A stretch of DNA of 64,000 nucleotides from contig OX597827.1 in assembly GCA_951406725.2 (NCBI GenBank), positions 13,826,001 to 13,890,000 of the forward strand. The letters run 5' to 3'. Shown piece by piece: positions 15,693 through 29,658 of this stretch. The notes beneath the pieces were generated by a model. The model worked only from the letters and a program-made list of their open reading frames with translations, searched no databases and had not been told where the DNA came from. This stretch comes from Octopus vulgaris (taxonomy: Eukaryota). Every line of letters starts with the position of its first letter. Within the stretch, counting starts at the first letter, position 1. Made by a program: the position numbers and the translations under genes.

Positions 15693-16349
15693 CATACATA
15701 CATACATATATACATACATACATACATAAATACATACATACATACATACATACATACATACATACGAACATACAAAAAAAAAAGGGAGGAAGTCAAAGAA
15801 AGAATGAAGAAAATGAGATTAGCTAATTTACTTGCAATTTATCATCTAGATTGATCAATTGCTTGGTGACAAGATGTATGTAACTAATCTACCAACATCA
15901 ATCCAGGTTCACACAGGGGAACACAAGAGGGGAAAGCTTAACATAGAAAGAAAAATAATTTAACTGAAATCATTTTCGGCAATAATCTCGCTTTCTTTAT
16001 GTTTTATTTGCTTCGTATTTTTATAAAATTTTTTCTTTTTATTTTCTGATAAAATCTTTTTCGAGCAACATGTCTGTCAGATAATTCATAGATTTCCTTA
16101 ATTTTTATTTTACTGTGAACACCTGCAAAAACGTGAGAAACCTGTGTGTAGCTTATACAAGATTTCATTGCCATCATGAAGGTTCATTTCTGTAATATCA
16201 AATATGAGATATGAGAAAATATGTTTTGCCTACCTTTGTGTAAATAGATATATGCTATCATATGCACATATATATACAGAATATCATGTGTGGAATCATG
16301 TGTATATATATACATATATATGTGTAAATGTGTGTAAATATAAAAACTA

Positions 16350-16890
16350 CAGGGGTAGCTGTGTGCTGAGAAGTTTTGTTTCGCAACCACATGATTCTGA
16401 GTTCAGTCCCACTGCATGGCACCTTGGGCAAGTGTTTTCTACTATAACCTTGGGCCAACCAAAGCCTTGAGAGTGGATTTGGTAGACGGAAACTGAAAGA
16501 AGCCCATCGTATATATTCATATATATGTGTGTGTGTATATGTGTATATATATACATATATATGTGTGTGTGTATATGTGTATATATATACATATATATGT
16601 GTGTGTGTATATGTGTATATATATACATATATATGTGTGTGTGTATATGTGTATATATATACATATATATGTGTGTGTATGTGTGTGTTTAGGCATCATG
16701 GTTTTGTTTGTTCCCTCACCAGCTAGTGTTGATTTGTTTACATCCCTGCAAGTTTGCAGTTCAGTAAAAGAGACTAATATATCAGTGCCAGACTTTAAAA
16801 CAAATAGTACTGGGGTCGATTTGTTCAAATAATACCCTTCAAGGTGGAGCACAAGCATAGCCACAGTCTTATGACCAAAGCAAATTGAAG
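16350..16890 (+). mobile_element. SINE family A (diverged) with internal 36-bp tandem expansion
   Basis: Head and CORE-like motif; 36-bp unit repeated ~4x at ~16520-16680. Confidence 0.75.
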
Positions 16891-16910
16891 AATATGATAT
16901 TAGAAGATAC

Positions 16911-16980
<70 letters not shown>

Positions 16981-17077
16981 GTGAGTAAGCACATAAATGC
17001 AAAATAAGGTGGAAAAAATAGTACTCAAATACCGAAGGTAGAGTAATATGCTTTTATTATTAAAGCTGCAAAAAAAT

Positions 17078-17115
17078 CTGATACTCAGAGTTTCACGTTC
17101 CCATTCGTTGGGCAG
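17078..17115 (-). ncRNA. Degenerate type-I hammerhead motif
   Basis: CTGC-CCAACGA-ATG ggaa CGT-GAAACTC t GAGTA-TCAG; core G5 mutated. Confidence 0.45.
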
Positions 17116-17161
17116 TTGTAATACAGAAAATGAATCTGCTTTTTAGATGCTTTTGTCAGTG

Positions 17162-17235
17162 GGCAGTTTAGCTTAATGGTAAAGCACTTAGCTGGAGTCA
17201 TATCAAGAGATATGGGTTCGAGTCCCATAACTGGT
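17162..17235 (+). pseudogene. tRNA-like sequence (pseudo-tRNA or Pol III head of a repeat)
   Basis: cagtt/aactg acceptor pairing, D-arm gctt..aagc with A box TAGCTTAATGGTAAAGC, T-arm atggg-TTCGAGT-cccat; the anticodon arm is irregular. Confidence 0.6.
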
Positions 17236-17408
17236 TAATGACAAATTTTTCTGCTTTGTAAAGGTAATTAACCCTTACAAAGGGTAAATTATCACTATTT
17301 TAACAGTGTCTCTGCATTTGAAAATAAATTTTAATCTTATTTATATCTATATACACATTTTAGCACTTATAAAAAACAAACGTTAGTTTGTTTAAACTTA
17401 TATAAATA

Positions 17409-17456
<48 letters not shown>

Positions 17457-17464
17457 TACATGTG

Positions 17465-17510
<46 letters not shown>

Positions 17511-18081
17511 TATATATGTATATGCATATCTATCTATCTATCTGTGTATATATATATATACACACACACAATAATTTTTTCAGGAAACCATTGATTTTTC
17601 ATTTTTTTTCTAATTAGATATATTTTCTCTGTTTTACAGGTATCTATATGAATGCAACTGTGTGCTTGGATTAATTATAACTTTAATTCTGTAAAACAAA
17701 ACAATAGAAACCATTGGGGAAAATATGTATCAACGAATTTACATACCAATGTCTCTGCATTCATGCTATCAATTCTCAGAGTCCATTTGAGAAAATTTTC
17801 AATTTTTCTGGTATTAATCATATAGAAAATAACTATTTTATAATATAGCCAAAACAGTATCCCAAAGGTATGGCTTCTTCTTTAGAGCAAGGAAATATGT
17901 GATAGAAAATTGGAAAACCATTAACATAGTGAAAAATTTGAAATGTATTGTATTGTTTATTCAAAAAGAGCATAACTCACAGATTTGAGAACACTTTAAA
18001 TTTTTGAAATGTCTTGATATTTGCCCAAGATATACCATTTTTCTTGGATATGCAGATGCGATTCAGATAAGTCCATTTTAA

Positions 18082-18303
18082 CCCTTTCGTTACAGTATTT
18101 ATTTTGAGATGCTCTGTGTTTCATTCAATTAATTTTAAATATAACAAAGAATTTAGTAAAAATACTTAGTTATAATTAAGCTAGTGTTGAGAACATAAAT
18201 TGTGACTAAGGTTTGGTGGAAGATTTTAATTCAATACTTATGAAAGTAAGAGATTTGTACTACAGAGCCAGAATCAGTTTTGGCCAGGTTGGTATCAAAA
18301 GGG
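18082..18303. mobile_element. piggyBac-like MITE
   Basis: TTAA|CCCTTTCGTTAC ... GTATCAAAAGGG|TTAA: TTAA target duplication and CCC/GGG termini. Confidence 0.75.
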
Positions 18304-18881
18304 TTAAGGAAACAGTTTTTGAAGTTGAGATACATCTGAGAACTAAAAACTTTTCATAACTTTAGCCTTTTCTCATTAAAAAAAAATGGGTAGGACTCCT
18401 GTTATTCAAGCTATTGGCATTTTCCACAATTAGCACACAAAAGCATCAACTAATGACCATTTTTTTCCAGCTGTTTATTAAGCAGAATCTGATGGTTTTT
18501 CCCATGCGCCATCACATATTCCAACTCTGACTGCAATAAAGTTCAAACAAGATGGTAGATTCTTTGTCGATGCCAGAAATAGATTTTCAACTGTTCAATC
18601 AGCTGAACTCCATTTATGTTAAATGTTGAATTAACATGTAAATGGCATGGCTGAGTATTCCACGGACACATGAACTGTTAAAGTAATTCTGAGATTGAAT
18701 CCACATGATACAGTATGTAACAAGGTGAGACCTCTGAATTTGAATAACAATTATGCTCCAAACAACAGTTTTATTCAATTTCTGTCTTCTTGGTGTTGCC
18801 CTTAATGTTTTGGTTGATTCAGGGCTTGAGGTGCTGAACCCAAAACTAGATACTTGCAAAGTGAGCATAACTAAAGGTTTT

Positions 18882-18999
18882 GCTTACAGCATCTGGGTTT
18901 CCCAAGCAGTCACCCATTCCAGTACTGTCTCGGCCCAACATTGTTTGACTTTAATGATCACTTGACAATCAATGCTTGCAACAATGATATGGTTGTGAA
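18882..18999 (-). pseudogene. Decayed 5S rRNA copy (pseudogene or SINE3 head)
   Basis: Minus strand acaaccatatcattgttg...gatcattaaagtcaaacaatgttgggcc..agtactggaatgggtgactgcttgggaaacccagatgctgtaagc is colinear with animal 5S rRNA (box C-like AGTACTGGAATGGGTGAC), with many CpG-decay changes. Confidence 0.8.
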
Positions 19000-19472
19000 A
19001 TGCTAATCTTTTACATTCTTTTTTTTATTCAACTGGTTTGTTCTAGAGGAAGGGGCAATGTCAATGACCCTTCACAGTACCCCATCCCACGGCTAGTGAG
19101 ACTACTGCTTCTCTACATGGTCTTTCAACCCACTTAAAATTGCTGCTATATCTCCCTCATCATATCAAACCACTGCAACCATCACCATCATATATTATAT
19201 TATATTATATTATATTATATTATATTATATTATATTATATTATACTATATTATATTGTATTATATTATATTACACAACAGATAAAGGGGGTAAAGACTCC
19301 CGTCAGTCATGAATGACCATGGGATTGCACCTTGTAAGTTCCTCTCTCCACAACACTGATGTTGTCCAACTCAAAGGCAAAGTCTGATCCAGTTTGGCAC
19401 CAGTGACATCACAACTCATTCCTACAGCTAAATGAACTGGAACAATGTGAAATAAAATGCCTACATACATGT

Positions 19473-19521
<49 letters not shown>

Positions 19522-20909
19522 TGTGTGTTTGACTGATCTATAGCAGTAAAAGATATAAATATTGACTAAAAAAAAATAGTAAAAAGAAATTACTACTTTG
19601 TGAAAGAAGTCCCTCGAGATATTTGCCATGCATCATTTTACAGATACTTCCAGGTTACTCTTACTGTGAAGAATGCTGTGAATCAGGGATTGACCTGTTG
19701 GAAACCTGTAATTAAGGATGCTCTTTTACGTTAATTATAATATAAAATATAAAATAAATAATCATAAAATAATTCCTATCGCAACTCAAACAATCTGGTT
19801 GATTGAATTTTCCAAACATTCCAGCTGTTATGATGCCATTTACCGTTTACTTTTCTGACTTTTTGTCTTTTATTCTGTGACCTGTCCATGCACTTTTGGT
19901 TTTCATTGTTACCGTTTTCTATTTGACTTATTGCTGCTTTCTGTTTCCATGTTTTATTCTATTCTGTTGAATTGTAGCACACTTGTTACTATGTACCACA
20001 TGTTCATTGTTGTGGTTGTTGTGGTTGTTGTTGTTGTTATCAAGGCAGGGAGTTGGCAGAATTATTACTGCACCAGACAAAATGCTTAGCAGCATTTGTC
20101 TGTCCTTATGGTCAGAGTTCAAATTCCACCGAGGTTGACTTTGCTTATCATAAACTAAGTACCAGTTGTGTACTAGGGTTAATGCTATCAACTAGCCTCG
20201 CCTCTCCCAAAATTTCATGCCTTGTGACCATAGTAGAAAGGATTATTATTATTATTATAATTACTATTATTATTATTATTAATATTATTATTGAGTGAGA
20301 GAGCAGTGCATGCCATCAAAGTGACACTGTGGTATAAATATATGAAGCCCAATGTACCCATCATGACTATCCAACTGATAAGGGTACACCAGCCACATGC
20401 ATTACAACCACATGTGCACGACATGATGATTTCATATTGAGATAAATAGCACATGACCTTGCAGGTGGGGCCCAGTTAGAATTTTCGTCAGGTCAAGTAG
20501 CCCATCCCACTCAAAAGGTCCCTGGATAAGGGTTGTGTAAGGATGTGAACAAACCACCTATGTTTATTATTATCATCATCATCATCATCATTGTTTAATG
20601 TCTGTTTTCCATGGAGGCATGGGTTGGATGGTTCAACTAAGGTCTGGGAAGCCAGAAGGCTGCACCAGGCTCCAGTCTGATCTGGCAGTGTTTCTACAGC
20701 TGGATGCCCTTCCTAACGCCAACCACTCCATGAGTGTAGTGGGTGCTTTTTACGTGCCACCAGCACAGAAGCCAGTGAAGGTGGCACTAGCATCGGCCAC
20801 TTTTGGATGGTGCTTTTTACATGCTACCAGCACAGGGAATAATAATAATAATAATAATAATTATTATTATTATTATTGTTATTATTATTATTATTATTAT
20901 ATATGTATG

Positions 20910-21210
20910 TGAGGACACATGGCCTAGTGGTTAGGATGTTGCACTCATGATCATGAGATTGTGCTTTCAATTCCTGGACCGGTTGGTACATTGTGTTCTT
21001 GAGCAAAACATTTCATCTCACGTTGCTCTAACAGTCACTTCAACACCTGACGTGTAGTACACCTGTGCACCTGTCCAGGCAATGTCGATTTGATGGAGAG
21101 AGTAATCTAATGTACTGCACATACATTTGATCATTATAAACAAATCTTTTGCGAAGGTCATTTTGGTATAAGTTGAACACTCATACATCGGCTTTGACAG
21201 GAGAGTCCAT
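20910..21210 (+). mobile_element. Old tRNA-headed SINE
   Basis: TGGCCTAGTGGTTAGG A box, TTTCAATTCC B-box-like motif, cttgagcaa CORE-like motif. Confidence 0.55.
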
Positions 21211-21401
21211 TATTAAATACGTATAGAAATGTTATAAAAGACAGTCACGTTAGTTATTTGACAATAACTGTGTGCTGACAAACAGGTAACACATCATACA
21301 GCGGAGGATTTATTTCATACAGGCTTTGTTAATGGATTGGCGTAAGTTGAGTAGAGGGAGATCATAATGTGGTGGAGTGTGGCTTCAATGCAAAGTGAGG
21401 A

Positions 21402-21447
<46 letters not shown>

Positions 21448-21584
21448 TCATCATCATCATCATCGTTTAACGTCCGCTTTCCATGCTAGCATGGGTTGGA
21501 TGGTTCAACTGGGGTCTGGCAAGCCCGAAGGCTGCACCAGGCCAGTCAGATATGGCAGTGTTTCTACAGCTGGATGCCCTTCCT

Positions 21585-21619
<35 letters not shown>

Positions 21620-21797
21620 GAGTGTATTTTTACCTTGTTAACAATTAACATGGAAAAAATAAATAAATAGTTACCAGGGTAGCAAAAATCTCACAAGTAA
21701 AGATGTTGTAACTCCTTGTTTATAAAGGTAGAAACTTCGTGTTTATGTTTAATATTTTGAATAAAATATGAATGAATAAATTTATTTATTCATATAT

Positions 21798-21835
<38 letters not shown>

Positions 21836-22496
21836 CAGGCTGTTTTCAGTTTCCTTCTGCTAAATCCACTCCTATCTTTTGTTAGCCAGACCTTTAGTAG
21901 AATACACTTGTTCAAAGAACCACACAGCGAAACTGTACTCAAAACCATCTGATCAGGAACCAAACTTCTGAACTACACAGCTTTGCTTATGAATTTGTGC
22001 AACTTTCTTCATGAAATTGATCTGGCAAGTTTGTCTTTACATATGATCGATGTTATTGATTTGTTATATTTAATTAAGCACAGAGGCCAAGTCGTTGAGG
22101 CAAAAGAAATTAGCAGTTATGACATTCATTCATTCACAAAATAATTAACAGTCTTAGTAAAGTGAAATATTTTCAATAAAGACTTTAAAAAGTTTTCTGT
22201 GTGAGAATTTGCTGCCAAATCTCATTCAGACTGCTCCTTTTATTGCTATTAATGATGGAGTTGGCTGCAAGCTGGCAGAATTGTTCACATGTCAGATGAA
22301 ATGGTTAGTGGCATTTCTTCTGGCTCTTAACATTCTGGGTTCAAATTCAACCAAGGTTAACTTTGCCTTTTATCCTTTGTGGGGTCATTAAGATATAATA
22401 CCAGTTAAGTAATGGGGTAAATGTAATTGACTCACCTCTCAGAATGAGATAAAAATCCAAGGCTGTGAAAGATTTCAGAACATTTATAAAGAGAAG

Positions 22497-22544
22497 GTCT
22501 TACAGCTGTTTCCGGGATATTTTATATATCCGTTCATCGGAGAC
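22497..22544 (-). ncRNA. Type-I hammerhead motif in left arm of inverted repeat
   Basis: GTCT-CCGATGA-A-CGGATAT ataaa ATATCCCG-GAAAC-AGCT-GTA-AGAC. Confidence 0.7.
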
Positions 22545-22926
22545 GGCGTGAGAAAATGGTTAAGCAATTGTTATTCTAGAGAAAATATGAAATAGAGAGT
22601 GAAGTGGAGGAATGAAAAGAGATGTGAGATATGCAGGGATATTGAATCAGAAGTTCCATTATTTAGGCAGAATGGTATACTTATAAGATTCCTGTACCTT
22701 GTGAGTAAGTTCCGTTTGCAAACTCTATGCTTGGAATGACCAATTTTAAATGCTATTGGAACTTACGCACAAGGTACAGAAATATTATATGTATACCATT
22801 CTTCCAAAATAATAGAACTGCAGATACAATATCCCTGCATATCTCATTTCTATTTTCATTCCTCCACTTCACTCTCTATTTCATATCTTCTCTAGAATAA
22901 CTATTGCTTAACCATTTTCTCACACC

Positions 22927-22974
22927 ATCTCCGATGAACGGATATATAAAATATCCCAGAAACAGCTGTAAGAC
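22927..22974 (+). ncRNA. Type-I hammerhead motif in right arm of inverted repeat
   Basis: ATCT-CCGATGA-AC-GGATAT ataaa ATATCC-CA-GAAAC-AGCT-GTA-AGAC. Confidence 0.65.
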
Positions 22975-23191
22975 CTTCTCTTCATAAATGTTCTGAAATC
23001 TTTCACAACCTTGGATTTTTATCTCATTCTGTTAACTTTTTATATATATGCATGCTGATATATGACCTACACTGGACTCCTCGTTAACATTATCACCGAA
23101 CCTGGAGCTTAACTATAGTCTGTCCATAGCACTTACTCAGCAACACCTGACACCTTTGGGTCTTCTTGACACCATTACCTCTCATAACCTA

Positions 23192-23265
<74 letters not shown>

Positions 23266-23530
23266 CATACACAATGTGCAGCTTACTGTCACAATAGCTA
23301 GAACATTATTTTCTCCATAACAATATATAATATAAGCTGGACCTTAGTGGAAATGGCACAAAATCAGTGAGCTATGAGGAACAGTAGCCACTTTAGTATA
23401 AGTAAGAAAGGTAGAGTGAAGAGACAGCATGTCTGTGAATTAGAGGTCAGTATGCTGTGATTAGTGGCTTCATAACAATTGACTAGATGTCTTTCAGAAG
23501 GATATAATTTTATTAAAAAAGTAAAAAATA

Positions 23531-24415
23531 CCGTAAATCCTCGAGTATAATCTGCACTTTTTCCCCGAAATTTAAAGGTCAAAATCCCTAGTTCATATTA
23601 TACACGAGGTTAAAAATGAAAAATATTTTCAAAGCAATGTTCAAGTCTCTATTTGCTGTCTGGCAATGTTTATTCAGATGCATTTTGTGATGTCGGGTGT
23701 GAAAATACCTTAAGCTAAGCCTGAAAGCAATGAAGTCATAAAAGAATCACCCATAACTTGCAGTAAGCAACATTTATTAAATGTTATTACTGTTATTTCT
23801 TTATTTTCTGCAAACAAAATGCTACACGTTTGCATTATGTTATATATTCTTTGGAAGCACTCCGTCGGTTACGACGATGAGGGTTCCGGTTGATCCGAAT
23901 CAACAGAACAGCCTGCTCATGAAATTAACGTGTAAGTGGCTGAGCACTCCACAGACACGTGCACCCTTAACGTAGTTCTCGGGGATATTCAGCATGACAC
24001 AGAGAGTGACAAGGCCGGCCCCTTGAAATACAGGTACAACAGAAACAGGAAGTAAGAGTGAGAGTAAGTTGTGGTGAAAGAGTACAGCAGGGATCACCAC
24101 CATCCCCTGCCGGAGCCTCGTGGAGCTTTTTTAGGTGTTTTTGCTCAATAAACACTCACAACGCCCAGTCTGGGAATCGAAACCGTGATCCTATGACCGC
24201 GAGTCCGCTGCCCTAACCACTGGGCCATTGCGCCTCCACATGTTATATATACAATAATAATAAAGGACGTTACCGTATACATTTTTACAAACCAAGGACG
24301 TTATATAGACCTCCTTGACTCAAGTTAGAGAAGATTTAGGTTTTTCAGAGGTACAGTTCCCTAAAGATCCCCTGCGTATTTTACTCAAGGGCGGACTATA
24401 CTCGAGGATTTACGG
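23531..24415. mobile_element. Non-autonomous Tc1/mariner/pogo-type DNA transposon with a nested SINE
   Basis: 25-bp TIRs CCGTAAATCCTCGAGTATA(A/G)TC(T/C)GC flanked by TA on both sides. Confidence 0.85.
23848..24239 (-). mobile_element. tRNA-derived SINE nested in the DNA transposon
   Basis: Head GGAGGCGCAATGGCCCAGTGGTTAGGGC...GGTTTCGATTCCC; 11-bp TSD ATGTTATATAT at 23837-23847 and 24240-24250. Confidence 0.85.
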
Positions 24416-24677
24416 TATATCTTGAAACTATATTCTTCAAGAGAAAATGGGATTAGTGTGAATGGAATTGTCAGTTGACAAGAGAAATCACACAAAACAA
24501 TAAATAAATACCAAATAGGAAATATATTTAAAAGTAATGATCACATTTTCCTCTTACCAACAGCCAATTTTATATTTATTAAAGGATTAGTAAATAAACT
24601 ATTACAAGGCACTAGCTGCTATGATAGATCGTTACCCACTACACACACTTTTTTCTCTCCTTGTTCTTTCTGTGTCC

Positions 24678-24713
24678 CTTTCTGTAGAAGAGCATAGGCT
24701 CGAAACGTAAAAG
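24678..24713 (+). ncRNA. Minimal hammerhead-like motif (variant core CUGUAGA), tandem unit 1
   Basis: CTTT-CTGTAGA-A-GAGC atag GCTC-GAAAC-GTA-AAAG. Confidence 0.6.
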
Positions 24714-24818
24714 ACTTTTTACCTGTCTTCATCTTTTGTCTTTTTCGTAAACTATCCCTATATATATATATATACATTTTTTTCTCTCCTAGTTTCTCTC
24801 CTTGTTCTTTCTGTGTTC

Positions 24819-24854
24819 CTTTCTGTAGAAGAGCGTAGGCTCGAAATGTAAACG
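24819..24854 (+). ncRNA. Minimal hammerhead-like motif (variant core CUGUAGA), tandem unit 2
   Basis: CTTT-CTGTAGA-A-GAGC gtag GCTC-GAAAT-GTA-AACG. Confidence 0.5.
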
Positions 24855-25334
24855 ACTTTTTCTATTCCTGAGCATTATACTAATACATCTGTTTATTTTG
24901 TACACCACCTGTCTTCGTCTTTTGTTGTTTTTTTCGTAAACTCTCCCTATTACATTTGTAAGATAGTTGTAACAGTTGATTGGTGGACTTTCAGAATAGT
25001 AAACATGACCTCACAGAGAAGGAAAAGTGCTAAGAATTGGGTGATTGCTTAATAGCTTATTAACTGATGCTTTGATAAATTGTAAATTGGTCATTGATAA
25101 TAGAAAATTACTGTAATGACTCCTCAAAAAACTGTTTCAAAAAATATTGATCTCAAATTTTGGGAAAAGATCAGCAATTTGGGGTGGGGCATAAATTGAT
25201 TACATCAACTCCAGTATGCAATTAGTACTTATTTTATTGACCCCTAAACAATGAAAGGTAAAGTCAACCTTGGCCGAACGTGAACTTAGAACGTGATGAA
25301 AAACAAAATGCTGCAAAACATTTTTCCTGGTATA

Positions 25335-25544
25335 CTCTCTTTTACTTGTTTCAGTCATTTGACTGTGGCCATGCTGGAAAATCACCTTTAGTCAAGCAAA
25401 TTGACTCCAGGATTTATTCTTTGTAAGCCTAGTACTTAGTCTATCGGTCTCTTTTGCCAACCGCTAAGTTACGGGGACATAAACACACCACCATTGGTTG
25501 TCAAGTGATGTAGGGGGAGAAAAAACACAGACACACAAACATAT

Positions 25545-25580
<36 letters not shown>

Positions 25581-25679
25581 ATATATATGTCAGGCTTCTT
25601 TTAGTTTTCGTCTACCAAATCCTTTCACAAGGCTTTGGTTAGCCTGACGCTATAGTAGAAGGCACTTGCCCAAGGTGCT
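25335..25679 (-). mobile_element. SINE family A, 5' truncated, inserted into a family B SINE
   Basis: Family B sequence at ~25195-25330 resumes at ~25680. Confidence 0.75.
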
Positions 25680-26057
25680 AAACATTTCGCCTAGCATGCT
25701 AACAATTCTGCATGCTCACCACCTTTGGTAACACTGAAAGAATATCACAGCACAAAGTTCTCTTACGTATGAAAAGAAAATGCAAGGCGCCAAAATGTCA
25801 CTGAAATCTAACTAGAATCTCTACGGAATCAATCTTTTCTTTTATTTTTCATTTACAATCAACTGTGGTCATACTAGAACACTATTCTTTTATTCTTTTA
25901 TTCTTTAATTCGTTTCAGTCAGTTGAATGTGGCCATGCTGGAGCACTGCCTTGAAGAGTTTTTAGTTGAATAAATTGAACCCAGGACTTATTTTTTTTAA
26001 GCCTAGTATTTATTCTATCAGTCTCTTTTGCCGAACTGCTATGTATCTGTGTTTCTG

Positions 26058-26094
<37 letters not shown>

Positions 26095-26694
26095 CTATCA
26101 TGGCTGAACCTACAGTTAAGCAAAAGCAATATCCCGACAGCAACAACCAATATTATTAGCAATGGATTAGCATCAGCGATAGATAAACAGTATGGACGGA
26201 TTAAGGTAATGGGTAGACTGGCACACAAAAAGTTACATGGTATTTAGTCACATTGCTTTACATTCTGAGTTCAAATCCCTTCAAATTCAACTTTTCCATT
26301 GTCACTACTGTGTTGATAAAATTTATTTCACTTTTTTGTTTATAAATAGTACAATGAAATTGTAAAAAGATTTAGCTGCTATTTTTAGCAGTTCGAGCAA
26401 AAGCCTCCTCAGTGTCTCATAAAAAATATTGGTAAAGAGCATATATGGATATCACATCAGATCAGTGTAAAATATGGCTTATGATGAGCTCTCTCCCTTT
26501 CACATCTTATCTGTTCATTTGTTCATGTGTGTATGAATGCCAGAAGGGAGATGAACTAAAAATTAACAAATCCGACAAGAGATAAGAGGGGATATACGGT
26601 TCCTGAATTTTTATAATATTCTTTCGTACATGCTTGGTTTTATTTATGCTTGACTTATGTGTAGACAATACTTGCTTTTTAATAATTGCTCCAC

Positions 26695-28140
<1,446 letters not shown>

Positions 28141-29371
28141 CTTTATTTGCACTCATGCATTTGTGTGTGTGTGAAAAACAGCCTAAGTGAAAATACATAT
28201 GTTTTAATGTTCACATATGTATGCATGTTTGCACTTACCTTTGATCATGCGTACACACAAATGCACAAACACACACATCCATACATCCATACACACACAC
28301 ACTTACACTAACACATATATGCATGCACTCACATATTCAGAAAGATTAGAATACCACATGATAAAGCTTTTGACAAAATTAATCATCGAAAATATCCGCT
28401 ATTGATTGAAGTTAAGATATGTGTATAGCAGGAAAGCTGTATTTTCCGCAGGGGAAGCAGTCCAGCTGTGGCTGTCAACACAATTTTGTCAGATAAATCT
28501 CCAATATTAGGATGCAAGCTTCAAGGCACTCTTCTAAGATCACTCACTATAATTTTTTTTTTTTTTTTTTTTTTTTTCCTTTTTTCCTGATTCCCATCAC
28601 AGACTTGGTTTACGGTTGAAAGTTGGTTCAATGATACTCGCTAATCAAATTGATGACACTCAAGTGTCACTGGCCTTGCAGAATTGCCAAAAATGTAGAA
28701 GAAGGAAAAAGCAGGAAGAATATATAGAAATAAATAAATAAATAAAATAAAATAATAAAAACGAAATGAAATAAGAAGAAAATTTCCAACGTGATGTAGA
28801 AAATTTTTATTGGAAGGTAGACATGAATAACATGATTTTCCATTTGGAAAAATTCCAGGTTTCTATGACTATATTGGTCCAAAGCATCGAGCTAGTTCCA
28901 AACCTAAATGTAAGCTACAGATAGAGGAGGTGAAAAGCAATATTTCAGCAGTAGTAGATGTTCTTGTTTTGTCAATATATATGTGTTCACATCAATGTGG
29001 TGTCTAGGATGTGTGATGTATGTTCGGTCTAAGTTTGTATCTGAAATATGACATCACTTTTAGTAAAAAAAAAAAAAAAATGTAGTTTTCTTTTTTTTTT
29101 TTGTTTTAATTGTTATTTTGTGTCCCCTTTTATTGCATTTCCCTCCACCTTGAATTACGTTTTTTTTGGGGTTTTTTTGCAGTTTTGATAAATGAATTAT
29201 GAATTATGAATTATGAATTATGCACAAATTTGTTTACTGAAGAGACAGATATAAAAAATACTCTTGTAGTAGAAATATGTGAGTGACTGTATGTATGTGT
29301 GTCTGTGTGTATATGCACACACATAAGTATGCATAAACATATTATGAATTCAGATATATATACATATATAT

Positions 29372-29456
<85 letters not shown>

Positions 29457-29658
29457 TATATGTATACATATATATATGTATACCTATATATACATATATA
29501 TATGCATACATATATATATGTATACATATATGTATACAAGTGCAAACAAGGGAGTCAGAGAAAGGCAGAATGCTACTTATATCTGAACACTACTATAGAA
29601 ATATTCTTTTAAAAAAACTTTTCTTCTAATTTTTCTAAATTTAATTATTTAATCGTTA

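Larger units (their letters stand above)
22440..23031. mobile_element. ~590-bp fold-back (inverted arms ~275 bp), probable Penelope-like inverted pLTR remnant
   Basis: 22440-22712 is the reverse complement of ~22757-23031 with scattered mismatches; each arm carries a hammerhead motif. Confidence 0.75.

Noticed and set aside
17162-18999. Functional tRNA gene (17162-17235) and functional 5S rRNA gene (18882-18999)
   Set aside because: Irregular anticodon arm in the first, heavy CpG decay and broken helices in the second; kept only as pseudogene or repeat heads
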